This document shows, piece after piece, positions 51,298 through 63,589 of a DNA stretch of 64,000 nt (position 1 is its first letter; each line of letters opens with the position of its first letter). The DNA lies in the NCBI RefSeq assembly GCF_030265065.1, contig NC_080410.1:29890661-29954660 (forward strand), given 5' to 3'. The notes under the pieces were generated by a model. That model was not told the DNA's origin. It did no database searches and saw only the letters and a list, made by a program, of their open reading frames with translations. Origin of the DNA: Corythoichthys intestinalis. Its lineage: Eukaryota. The translations under genes and the position numbers were made by a program.

Positions 51298-52619
51298 AGG
51301 GTATTATAATACTAAGGGGCTGTGAGAGATCAATAGAACAGTTATGTGGCAAGATAACAAATATTAACAAAGTTAACAAAAAAATAAATAACGTTCATCA
51401 GCAATTATCAAAAATAGATTGAAAATTACGAACATTTCCAAAAGTATTCCGGAAACAGCCGAATGGGGGGGGGGGGGGGGGGGGGGACGTCACAACAAGG
51501 AAACAAAAGGTCGAGGCAGGTGCCATCGTTGTTTATCGACGAGAGAGTTGCGTTCGTGTTTTATCAAAAAATTGCTAAAATGCTTCAAACTTGTCATGCT
51601 AAGTGGCGTACAAATAGCCATTTGTCGCAATGTAGTACCCAAGAGTTCCCGAACGTGAGAAAAAGAGCTGGACTACGCAGACAATGAGTAAAGTTCGTCC
51701 ATGCTAAGAGGGCTAATTTTCCAGACCCAGCCAACAGCACGGTTTTGTGTGGTACGCATTTTATACCTGACAGCTATTCGAACTATGGACAAATGAAATC
51801 AGGTTTTGCTAAGAAATTGCTGCTGAAATCCCGAGATATCCCTGATATCCTGAGATATCAAGAAAGAGGACGATGACTGGCTCTGATGAGACCACCCCAG
51901 GCAAAGCAAAGGAGGGAAATGACCAGAGTGAGTACTTTTATAATAAAAAACATATCACGCATTGGATATAGGACTGGATACATGTATAAATTATCGCTCG
52001 TAAAATATATACAACAAATCCTCTAATCCCATTCATAAATGTGTCTGTTGGCAGAGCGAAAACCTATGATAGCACGATAAATGATAATTATTCTATACAT
52101 TACTTTATTTTGCGGTCACGGTGTATCAGCTTCACAAAAAGAAATGCAAAACAAACCTTTCGGTGTTTCCCACACGACCTCTTGCCGGTGTTTCATCAGT
52201 ATAATTGCTCCCCTCAGTGATCGTTTCATTAGGCTGCATTGGCTTTCGTTTGGGCTCAAATTGATAACTCAAAACACAAAAGAAAGGTTCATAACTCTCC
52301 TTGTCACCATTAGAAGAACGTTCGTTACGCCAGATTCGTCGCTGCAACTAGAAACAAAATTGTCCACCATCATCGCCGCCATTCAGTACTAAGCACTGAG
52401 CTGATTGTTTGCTTGCTGTGACATCACGCACACAATATGCTAGATTTCCGGGATCTCGGGCGCCGGTCGTTTTAGCTTGACAATCGATCCAAATTTCTAT
52501 CATTTTCTTGGTGTTGCGATGTGTGTAATTACACGAAGTGGCATGATATGAATCCAAAAGGCATGCGTTGATGGATAAATGATGGAATATTAGCATTTCC
52601 CCAGGTGTTGTAATACCCT
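51298..52619 (+). mobile_element. TTAA-flanked THAP-carrying element, copy 2 (1322 bp, no nested insertion), 45 bp upstream of the kdm2b CxxC exon
   Basis: Same termini and internal sequence as copy 1. TTAA at 51294-51297 and 52620-52623. THAP-like ORF 51463-51687 is degenerate. A 23-nt G-run lies at 51464-51487. Confidence 0.7.
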
Positions 52620-53249
52620 TTAAGGTGACATATTTCACCTTTCCAGTCTTAGGTTTAACTCTTTACACAGCATTGACGATGATTGACATCAAATCATGTG
52701 ACTTCATCTTATGCTTTCAATTTAAATTTGCCACTAACAGACGTCAAATCCATTTGAACTGGGAAGGGTGGCCGCGAATGCCATCAAATCGATGGATCAA
52801 CATCTTCATGATATGCCATTTTGTGAAAAAGAATGCTTTTCATTCAAATGTTGAAAATATTTCAGCGACAAAAAAACGTCAAAAACATCGATAGCGTATT
52901 TCATTGTTTAGGCAAATATAACTCTTTGTATTGAATGTGTTATAAAACTGTTTTTTCCCCCATCAATTAATTCATTGATTGCACATTGACAGTGGTAGAT
53001 GTTAGATCCATTTGGATTGAATGGACTGCCATCTCCTCCCAATCCAAATAATTGGACGTCTATCGTCGTCAGTGTCACTTAATCATTTGCTACCACTGCC
53101 TGACTCGTATTTCAAAATAATTTGACGTCAAAGGCTGTGAAATGGTTCAAATAGCCTGTCGACACCACTGTTCCATGATGGGGGTGTCCTAGAAATATTA
53201 GCATTGAACTCTTCTGCTTGATGCTTTCGACTTGCGGTCATCGGGTCAC

Positions 53250-53900
53250 GTGATAAGTGGACATCACAAAGCATGCCGCTAGCAGAGGTCGCAAGCATCA
53301 AGAAGGCACCACTCGAACGACGCCAACAGCTAACACACGCACGCGCGCACACACCCCCACACCAAGCACCTCTGGAACATGAAAAGGGGAACATATGCTA
53401 ACATGCTAATGATGCTATCCCATAGCATCACTCCGGCTGCTCCCTGGAGATTGATAGGCGTCGCGCGCACACGCGCATGCAGGCAGGCAGGCGCGCGTCC
53501 GCCCGTTGTTGTCACCCACCTCTGGCTTTCAGCTCGCATGCTCGTGGCTCGCACATTAGCAACAATATTAGCCAGCCAGCTCTTAGCCACGTTAGCTCGT
53601 CGTCCGTCAGCTTCCTTGTTTGGAGCCGGAGAGCCTCCGCCGCCTCACGCGCACCCCATGCCGCCGTTAGCCTCCAGCTAGCTCCCGGCTAGCCCTGCGC
53701 AGCCGACGTGTTATCGATAAGCCAGCTAATCGATATCGACGAGGCGAGAGGCGCAGTGCCGATGCTGCTGCTACTAGTGCTGTGAGGCAAGCCCATTAAC
53801 CCTCATCCTCTCTCTCTCCTGTCCCTCCTCCTCATCCTCTCTCTCTACCTCCGCACGTGCCTGCTAGTAATAGTATCACTCCGCGCGTGGAAGTAGTCCC
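53250..53900. promoter_or_regulatory. CpG-rich island between the kdm2b CxxC exon and ube2m; candidate internal or bidirectional promoter
   Basis: High CpG density and GC boxes with no recognisable coding exon. A minus-strand GT donor follows an ATG at ~53590-53520. Confidence 0.35.
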
Positions 53901-54233
53901 ACCACTGCCGCACATGTTGTACTAGTCCTCAAAAAATTACTATATTGTGATATAGTTCATTATTTTCTGTAATGTACTGATAAACATTAGACTTTCATAT
54001 ATTTTAGATTCATTACACACAACTACACTCGACTGAAATAGTTCAAGCCTTTTATTGTTTTAATATTAATGATTTTGGCAAAAAAGTCATGAAAAACCAA
54101 AAATCCCAATCTCAAAAAATTTGCATATCATGAAAAATTCTAAAGAAGCTGCTAACCTAATCATCTGAAACAACGAATTACCTCAAAATAAAGATTCCTG
54201 AGGCTTTTAAAAACTCCCAGCCTGGTTCATTAC

Positions 54234-55228
54234 CAGTGTTGGGCACGTTAGTTTAAAAAAGTAATTAGTTACATTACTCACTACTTCTTCCAAAAAGTAA
54301 CTGAGTTAGTAACTGAATTACTCTATAGTAAAAGTAACTAGTTACCAGGGAAAGTAACTATTTCCGTTACTTTAAAAAGAACTTTTTGTATGTCAAAGAA
54401 TTTGAAATTTTCTGAGCAGTATTCGAGTCAGTGGAATAGAGAAGAACAGACAGGTAGTTAACTTGTTAGGTGCTTCAGCAGATTTGAATTGCTTACAACA
54501 GATGTCGACAAAAGCTTTGCCACGGGACATAAATTACACATTACATGCAGGTTCTTTCCTTTAATTTCGACAAACTTGAAATAGTGTCTATATCTCCACC
54601 TCTTAAAGGACAATTTTTCTTCTGAATGCTCTGCCATCCCGACCCTGTGCTTCTGTTTTGCGTGTGTGTGTTTGCCGCACGCGCTGTTCCGGTTTGCTTG
54701 TGAAATCACCGGCTCTGATTGGCTTACCACGACACCTCAGCCAATCACAATCAGTTCCATTGCATCTCTCGAGGGGCTGCATTCAGGTAGGCTCGTTTTC
54801 CGACAATTCACGTCACCTTCAAAGCGTCTGCCGTCCTCAAGATGGAAGCAGAATTATTGCTGGCTGACAGTGGGAGATGGGAACGAGGCTAGCATCAGGT
54901 GTAGCAAACACAGAAACGTTACCAAACTTTGGAAAGCATTGTCTAATTGAATGAGCAGGGACAAACAGCTTGGAGTCAGAAGTACGTGCGCTGTTCTCGA
55001 ACCTGAACGCACCCCAAGTTTTGGATGACAAATCAAGAGCAGAGTCGACTCGACACGGCTGGTAGTTTCTTCAATTTATTCAGAGTAAGTAACGCACCGC
55101 TTTTGACCGTCAGTAACGGTAACGGCGTTGTAACGGCGGAAAAAGTAATTAGTTAGATTACCCCGTTACTGAAAAAATAACGCCGTTACGTAATGGCGTT
55201 ATTTATAACGGCATTACTCCCAACACTG
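54234..55228. mobile_element. hAT-type MITE (TIR CAGTGTTGGG...CCCAACACTG, subterminal GTAAC(T/G)/GTTAC repeats) nested in the Tc1-like element, 8-bp TSD TTCATTAC
   Basis: Perfect 8-bp direct duplication at 54226-54233 and 55229-55236. Confidence 0.7.
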
Positions 55229-55250
55229 TTCATTACTCAAAACCGCAATC

Positions 55251-56027
55251 ATGGGCAAGACTGCTGACTTGAGTGCTGTCCAGAAGGTCATCATTGACAC
55301 CCTCAAGCAAGAGGCTAAGACACAGAAAGAAATTTCTGAGCGAATGGTCTGTTCCCAGAGTGCTGTATCAAGGCACCTCAACGGGAAGTCTGTGGGAAGG
55401 AAAAAGTGTGGCAGGAAACGCTGCAGAACCAGAAGAGGTGACCTCACCCTGAGAAAGATTGTGGAGAAGTGCCGATCCCAGACCTTGGGGGACCTGCAGA
55501 AACAGTGGACTGAGTCTGGAGTAGAAACATCCAGAGCCGCCGTGCACAGGTGTGTGCTGGAGCCACTTTTGAACCTGAAACAGCGGCAGAAGCGCCTGAC
55601 CTGGGCTACAGAGAAGCAGCACTGGACTGTTGCTCAGTCGTCCAAAATACTTTTTTCAGATGAAAGCAAATTTTGCGTGTCATTCGGAAATCAAGGTGCC
55701 AGAATTTGGAAGAAGACTGGTGAGAAGGAAATGCCGAAATGCCTGAAGTCCAGTGTCAAGTACTCAAATTCAGTGATGGTCTGGGGTGCCATATCAGCTG
55801 CTGGTGTTGGTCTACTGTGTTTTTTCAAGGGCAGGGTCAATGCAGCTAGCTATCAGATTTTGGAACACTTCATGCTTCCATCTGCTGAAAAGCTTTATGG
55901 AGATGAAGATTTCATTTTTCAGCACGGCCTGGCTCACAGTGTCAAAACCACTGGTAAATGGTTTACTGACCATGGCATTACTGTGCTCAAGTGTCCCGCC
56001 AACTCTCCTGACCTGAACCCCATAGAG
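55251..56027 (+). pseudogene. Tc1-like transposase remnant (MGKTADLSAVQKVIIDTLKQ...ANSPDLNPIEH), disrupted by MITE insertion at 56028
   Basis: Transposase homology. The reading frame runs into the inserted MITE. It resumes as NLGTKY* after the TSD. Confidence 0.6.
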
Positions 56028-56255
56028 CACAGGTGTCAAACCGATTCCAGAAAGGGCCGAGTGGGTGCTGGATTTTGTTCCAACCGATACAACGCAGAGA
56101 GTTTAATGAACTTCCTGCTGAAACAAGCAGCACCTGACAAAGTTTAACTGATTACACATGTAAAAGATCTAATTGGTGAAAAGGTGTCCTCTTCATTGGT
56201 TGGAAAGCAAACCTGCACCCACTTGGCCCTTTCTGGAATCGGTTTGACACCTGTG
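56028..56255. mobile_element. Palindromic MITE (CACAGGTGTCAAACCGATTCCAGAAAGGGCC...), 8-bp TSD CCATAGAG, inserted in the transposase ORF
   Basis: TSD at 56020-56027 and 56256-56263. A divergent family member is at ~6035-6262. Confidence 0.7.
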
Positions 56256-56778
56256 CCATAGAGAATCTGGGGACCAAGTATTGAGTGCATAGCTGATATA
56301 ATTAATCGAAGGTTGACATTTTTTTTGTATTGGTCGGATGAAATATGCTAATTTTTTTTTAGCTAGGGATTTTTGTTTTTTCTTGACTTTTTTGCCCAAA
56401 TCATCAATATAGCAACAATAAAAGGCTTGAACTACTTCAGTTGTGTTTAATGAATCTAAAATATGAAAGTCGAATGATTATCAGTACATTACAGAAAATA
56501 ATTAACTTTATCACAATATGCAATTTTTTTGAGAAGGACGAGTATGTTCTGTTTTTTAAAATGTTATTTATTAGGTTGTGTGCTCTGTTCGCATCAAGGA
56601 TGCGTGCGTTAATGACGTCACGCAGGTGACTGTGGGCAAAATTTAAAAAATGCTTGAAAATGGGCCAGAGAGCGCAGGCGTAGATGCGCATCAGGACCCT
56701 TGGCACAGCCCATATATGCCAAAAAGTGTATTTCTTCTGGGTTCCATTTTTGGCCATTTTGCTTCCCCTTTTTGGGGG

Positions 56779-56816
<38 letters not shown>

Positions 56817-57559
56817 CATTTTTGGGCCCGGGAGCGCCAGGAAACGTACAAATACGCATCAGGACTCCTGACACAGCCAGTGGCGCCTCCAGAAATTTTT
56901 CATAGGGGTGGCCTGATGGGGCCACTTAAAATCTTGGGGTGGCCAAAACTAAAAGCCATAATTTCAGGTTTTCATTATATTATTGCAGTAAAAAGGTCAG
57001 GGGAAAACTATCAGAAAGACTTAAGGACACGGCTACTGATATACTTTGGTGTATTGTGAAATATTTGATGTTACTAATGATTTAATGTGCATAGTCCATA
57101 ACTGTCCAGTCAACATTTTGAGTTCCACAACAATTCTGTTTTATTGTGTTATGTATATATTAGGCATAAGGTGTACATTTAAGTTAACAAAACAAAATAA
57201 ATGCATTCATTTGGGATGAAATGCATAACTGATGCTGCAACAATCTAATGATATACTGGCAAGCGGGGTGGCCAGTGGGGTGGCCAACCAATTTATAGGG
57301 GTGGCCGTGGCCACCCCTGGCCACCCCCTAGTGGCGCCATTGGACACAGCCCGAATTTCCCAAAACTGTGTACTTTACGATAAGACGTGACGAGCGTGAC
57401 GTATGAAAAGAAAAGGAATTGTGGGACTTGAAGTTTTCTTCTGAATGAAAAGATTCACTCCTTAAATTCAGGTAATTTCATTTGATGAAATGACCCCTGT
57501 GTGCCAAAATATTTCAATTTAAATCCAAAGTATTTTTAGGGGAATCACCCTTCTCTCTC

Positions 57560-57776
57560 GGTTCTCTCTCCCTGTCTAACAGTTAGCATGTAGCTAGTGA
57601 GTTAACATGCTAGGCTACGTTAGGCTAGCGGCGTGTCATTAGTTGACGTACGCCGGCGGCTCCTCCAGCAACATTTGGGTGCTGTGTCGGACGGAACACA
57701 CTCCCTAGCGAGCGAGGCAGCGACGCGGACTCGGCGAACACGGAGACGGCGTGCGCGTCTCATCCCGCCAGTGAAC
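57560..57776 (+). promoter_or_regulatory. ube2m: CpG-rich putative ube2m promoter/5'UTR
   Basis: CpG-dense block immediately upstream of the ube2m ATG. Confidence 0.45.
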
Positions 57777-57891
57777 ATGATTAAGCTCTTTTCCCTCAAG
57801 CAGCAGAAGAAAGACGAGGAATCTGCTGGAGGAAACAGAACCGGAGCCGGCGGAAAAAAAGCCAGCGCGGCCCAGCTGCGGATACAAAAAG
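57777..57891 (+). CDS. ube2m: ube2m exon 1 ([38 protein letters not shown] + G)
   Basis: ATG at 57777. The peptide equals the UBE2M/UBC12 N-terminus. Donor G|gttcgcc. Confidence 0.85.
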
Positions 57892-60800
57892 GTTCGCCCC
57901 TAACACTCAAAAACGTGTGGAAATATATGTCTAAATGTGCGTGTATGCGTACGTGTATGTCTGTAATTGACCAAACGCGCAAGGGAGAGCTCGTCAGTGC
58001 ACACAAGCCAAGAATAGATTCAGTTAGCAGTTAGCCAAACAGGCTAACTTGGAACGAGCCGACTCCGCCAAGATTGCTGCACTTGTGTGTTCATTCTACA
58101 CAAACACATAATATACACGCAACATGCCAACTCCGACATATTTGACGACTGCTTAGCAGCTAACAGCTCTCACTAGTGTGCTCTTTGCGTTAAACTGCTA
58201 GACAGCTCGAATTCACATGTGTTAGCATCCTGACGTCATGAGACCCGCAGGTGAGCAGGCCACACCTGGCAGGTTTTATGCGGCATTCGAGGAAGGTGGG
58301 AAATCTGAGTTATCCCACTTGGATAATACCAGTTTCGACCTTAAAGATGAAGTTAAGAATTTTTGACATCAGGCGTAATTTTTTAATTAGCCGGATTTTA
58401 ATTAGTCGGTAGAGTTGATTTCAACAAATTTCATGCAGTTAGTTAGTTATTTATTAGTTTTAGTGCTCCGGAATGGCTAAGCTGGCACAAATCAATCGCC
58501 AATAAAAAAACAACATATGCACTAGTGGTGTGCCAATACATCGATTATTAGATTCATCGAGATTCATCACGCGACGATTCGATTACGATTCATAAATAAT
58601 TTTATAAACGATGGTTTTCCCTAATAACTTAATGACAGCCGCTGCTAGCCGAACACAATTCAAGACACGTCTGCTCCCTGGACACCTTAAGGCAGTGTTT
58701 TTCAACCAGTGTGCCATGAGAGATCATCAGGCGTGCCGCGACAAATCATCCAATATCACTTTTTTTTTTTTAACATCGTTGGGCTGAGTTACAGACTGCA
58801 GTTGGAAGGAAGGAGTAGGAGAAGGTTGCGGTCGTGTGCAGATGAGCAAGGTATTGCTCGTGTCGCATTCAAAAATTGCTTGGATTTCTAGCCATCAGCC
58901 ATCTTGCTGTCAATGTGGACCCCAGCACGTCTACTGTACATAATTTGATTAGAATCGTCAAGTGTTGATATACTCGGAAATTTATTTTCCATTGTATCCA
59001 TATACAAGGACCATCAATCCCCCCCGTGTTTTAATCCAACACATTGTCGAGGACAGCAAGGCGGCTGATGGCTAGAAATCCGAGCAGTTCTTGAACGCGA
59101 CACGAGCAGCTACCAACAGCGCCATGGTGCCAAAGTTCATTTTTAAAAAAAACAAAACACCCATCGCTTCAAAACAGTTGATGGACTATTTTGTTCGCCT
59201 TTGTAAAAACGGAGAAACGGGCAACTTTTTTTCTTTACCTTTTTGCTGAACTTGTTGCGAAATCCAAAAAGTCCCACACTGCGGCAGAGACATTAATATT
59301 ACCTGCCTGCAAAGCCATTGTCAGCGACATGGTTGGCCCTGATGCGGTCAAAACATTGCTAAAGTCCCCTTGTCTGATAATTCTGAACTTTTCAAGCCTA
59401 ACTGCTATAAATAAAAATAAAAACGGAGAGCGACTGAGAGCTTTTGAAGATTGATGCCAGCATATTGGGTTTGTGTTCATCCAAACAGGCTCAAGTTTTG
59501 CACTGAGTAAGTACAAATATTGAGAAATTATTTTATGATTAAATATATTGTGCAGACAGTAATTTTGGAACATTTTTGGTTTGTGGTGTGCCACAAGCTT
59601 TTTTCAAATGTAAAAACATACCGTAATGCAGAACAGGTTGAAAAACACTGCCTTAAGAGATGCACAAGGTGAGGATGGCGGCAGCTGAAGTTACTGAGTG
59701 AGAGATTTACTCCTGTACAAAAGATTCAAAAATACATTTGTGTATGAGACAGGCAAGCGGTGGTCGCGCTTTAGGTCCTCTTCTGTGCGCAAGTTATTTT
59801 TTAGAGCAAGAGGGGAAGAGAGAGAGTTCACTGCTCCTTGCCTTTCAGTTGTCCAGCAGTAGTTTCAAGTCATGTTAATTGAAACAATGTTGTGAGTAGG
59901 CATGTGCCGGTATGAGATTTTGACGGTACGATAACCGTGAGCAAAAATACTGCGGTTTCACAGTATCACGGTATTGCAATTATAGCTCCAAAATTTTGAG
60001 ATGTATGGGTAAAAAAAAAAACTTTTTTCAATTGAACAGGATTTTTTTTTTTTCCAGAACATAGTTGCAAATTGGAACATGAATATATTGTTAATTGTTA
60101 ATTATCAATAAAAAAACCCAGATATTTTAATTAAAATATAACTTATAGACTATACCCACAGCCACAGCTCAAGTTGCTCAAGATTAGAGCAAGAGCAAAA
60201 TAATTTGTAGAAAAAAATAAAAACACTTCTGAATAATTTTTTTTTTAATTGAGGGTGGAAAAGCTCAAGTGAAGTTTTGCCAATTTCAGCCATTGTGTCA
60301 AATCTAGTCTACATGATGTCATGCCTTTGTGTTAAAAAGAACATAAAGAATTCATAAATTAATAAGTTAGTTAAAAATGTACAAGTTAGTTAAAATGTAA
60401 ATATTGTTGTGGAAAGGTTTCATCTGAAAAAAAAAAAAAAACATTGGAAGTGAGACCTCTCCTTGCGCTAACGAACGTGGATTTGTGCTTAGGGCAAGAT
60501 CATCTTTTGCAATTAACGATCTTTGATGCTATCCTTTTTTCCCCCTTCATTCAAGCGAATCAAGCTTGTTTTTTCACTCTGCGGCTGTAACACTCGACGA
60601 AGTTGCTCTCCCAGCTAAGCTTAGGCTAACATTCATCTTTGTAAGCTTTTAGTTAGTTTTCGAATTTGAAAGGAAAATGTGTGTTTTGTTTTTGGCGAAC
60701 TTTTCCATGGTGCTAATCTGTTGAAGCTACTCACACATGGAAAAATACAATTGTACAACATTTTAAATGTATTCATTTTGTATATTACCCTTACCACGAT

Positions 60801-62912
60801 TTGAGAGCTCAATAAATTGAAGAAAAGAACGCCTTATGTTTGGAGTATTTGTTTTTGTGTTCGCTGGCTGGCTAGCCGATAGCATCACTTTCACACACAG
60901 AAACAAACGGTAGGGGGTGAGCGCTGCCGCGCCATGCCACTTCTGGCTGCATTTTTGAGACATGAAAAATGGCGAATACCGTACTACGGTCTGACGGAAA
61001 ATTTTAGTGGTTTTGAAACCGCGACGTTTTCACACCACGGTAAACCGTGAAACCGGTAACCGGCACATGCCTAGTCCTGAGTGTGTTGTTAAGTCCCGTG
61101 TGCGTCTATTAGAGGTGAGTACACGAACCCTCTTGTACTGTTTAGCCTTTATTGTTGTTGTTTTTGAGATGTTAACAGTTAGTGCTAAGCTAAATAGGGA
61201 ATTCGCTAACGTGTATTTCCATGTCTATTTGTGCGTTATTAGTGTACAAAAGCATACTAAATAATACATATGCAGAACATGTAAAACCAGGATCAAGTAC
61301 AGCGGTAACACTACAAACATGCGAAATAATACAGAAATCTGTGAAAACAAAGTATATTGGTTAAAAGAAGTCTTATTTCTAAAGGCACTTTGGTTTTTTT
61401 CCAGAAAATGTGGAATTCATTCCACCACTGTAAATTTTATTGTATTGTTGGGAGAAATAAGTACTCCCTTTGAAACAGCTGCGCCTTCTTGTGAAAAAGA
61501 GCAGCTTAAGTTCAGCTTTTTGTTGTATAGGCATGTTTCCATTGTTCCTGCTGGATCATTAGTATGAAGTAGCCACAAAGTAAGAGAAAAGAGGTAGGGG
61601 CGTAAAGAAATCCTGATCATTGTTAATACCGTGAAGATAATTCAATAATCATTCAAGTTCAATAATCGAATCGTAGTACCCTGAATCGTAATTTAGTCCA
61701 ATCGTGGGGTGCCTTAGATGGCACACCCCTAATATGCACGCATGAAAATCACCGATGACCCATGCAATCAATAGTGTTGGCTATATTTTCAGGATGAAGT
61801 TATTAAAACTTACCATTGCATGTCAATAACTGTAGTATGAACAGCAACATTTGTAATCCAGCTGCTCTGTAGGCAACATGCTGCAGAGTGGATAATTTTT
61901 CCACCGGTGTGTTTATATCGTGGCCAGCAGCAAGTATCCAAAGTTTGTATTGTTCCTCGTTCTTCATAGGGAATTTGTGGAAACTCTCATTTGCCCATTT
62001 CTTCTGTCTGTTTCCACAGCCTCTAAATGCATGTTTCACTATGTTGCCGTTCTTCATTCAAGACTCCTTAGACTGATGCTGCATTCGAGGAAGGTGGGGA
62101 GTCCGAGTTTCCAACCTCCGACCAGAAAAAAATAACATTGGAACGCCACTCGAACTGGGAGGCACTAGTCGCCAAGTCAGGAAAAAAAAACAAAAACAAG
62201 TTGCTTCAATCAGACGTCACTCAATAAAATGCGGTGCCCGTCGAAAAGCAGACCGTCAATAGAAAAACTAAAGAAGGCAGTATACAATGTGGTCTATTTA
62301 GAGTTTTCCTCCAGTATTTGATCACTTATGAGAAGGCAGGTTTGCTGGAGGTCAACATGTCTTTTGATGTCCAAAATAAAAAACGATTGGAACACTTTGA
62401 GGTCACAACTGGTACCATCCGAGTGGGATAAGTCCAACTACCCATCTTCCTCGAATGCAGCATGAGCACAAGTTGCCGTAGCACTCCTCTCTATGGGGGT
62501 CTCATTACGCATCTAAAAAATAGTCTCGCAGAAATAAATGAATTACGGCAATTTGGTGTGACATTGTTTTTGGCTGTATGTGTATTTTGAACAAACGATG
62601 TGCATTTTGAATTTTTTTGACTATATTCGATCTGTTAATATCATTTTATTGGGATGCTAGGAAGGGACCATTCACTCACGCCGGGTACCCCCCCCGACTT
62701 TGCGACTAGGACCTCCAAATTCGAGTGGCATTCCAATGATATTTTTTCTAGTTGGAGGTTGGAAAACTCCCGACTTCCCACCTTCCTTAAATGCAGCATT
62801 CGAGTCCAAATGAAATAACGTCCTGTGTTGAAAACCCCCGAAACAACCGATGATGGCATGCGAGTTTCAGACAACGAAATCTAAAGGGTTTATTTGGGAT
62901 TGTATGTTTCAG

Positions 62913-63007
62913 ACATCAATGAGTTGAACCTGCCAAAGACATGTGAGATCAACTTCCCTGACGACGACGACCTCCTCAACTTCAGACTCATCATCTCGCC
63001 TGATGAG
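62913..63007 (+). CDS. ube2m: ube2m exon 2 ([32 protein letters not shown])
   Basis: Acceptor tgtttcag, donor GAG|gtgcgtgc. Matches UBE2M residues ~37-68. Confidence 0.85.
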
Positions 63008-63144
63008 GTGCGTGCATTTATATTTGCGTGAGTCACAAGTAAGGTTGCCGTAAATGATTACTTTAATAGGTGACTAATCAGAAGGATTAGCGATCACATA
63101 GCAAGAAGTAGGATGTTGAGCTCACTTACTACATATTACGAATA

Positions 63145-63589
63145 GGGTTGTTCCGATCATGTTTTTTTTTTGCATCGATCGTTTTAGTTTGAGTATCTGC
63201 CGATCCCGATATTTCCCGATCCGATTGCTTTTTTTTTTTTTTGCTCCCGATTCAATTCCAATCATTCCCGATAATTTTTCCCGATCATATACATTTTGGC
63301 AATGCATTAAGAAAAAAATGAATAAAACTCGGACGAATATATACATTCAGCATACAGTACATAAGTACTGTATTTGTTTATTATGACAATAAATCCTCAA
63401 GATGGCATTTACATTATTAACATTCTTTCTGTGAGAGGGATCCACAGATCGAAAGATTTGTGATTTTGTATATTGTGACTAAATATTGTAGTGTATTTGT
63501 TGAGCTTTCGGTAAATGATACTGCAGCCATTCAACCCAAATGCATGATGGGAAGTGGAACCATGACTGTGCGTTGTGCTACCAATTGAT
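63145..63589. repeat. Same repeat family, copy B, truncated by a Tc1 insertion at 63590
   Basis: Aligns with 4354-4830. Confidence 0.6.

Larger units (their letters stand above)
53918..56545 (+). mobile_element. Composite Tc1-like element with ~250-bp inverted arms (53930-54230 / 56340-56530) carrying a degenerate transposase and two nested MITE insertions
   Basis: The arms are reverse complements of each other. Internal ORF 55251-56027 encodes a Tc1-like transposase (…FSDESKF…SPDLNPIEH). Outer boundaries are approximate. Confidence 0.6.

Noticed and set aside
53330-53590. Minus-strand ORF (MAKSWLANIVANVRATSMRAESQR|gt) as first exon of a kdm2b short isoform
   Set aside because: The donor phase (2) does not match the phase-0 CxxC exon frame. 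It was kept only as part of the CpG-island promoter hypothesis.
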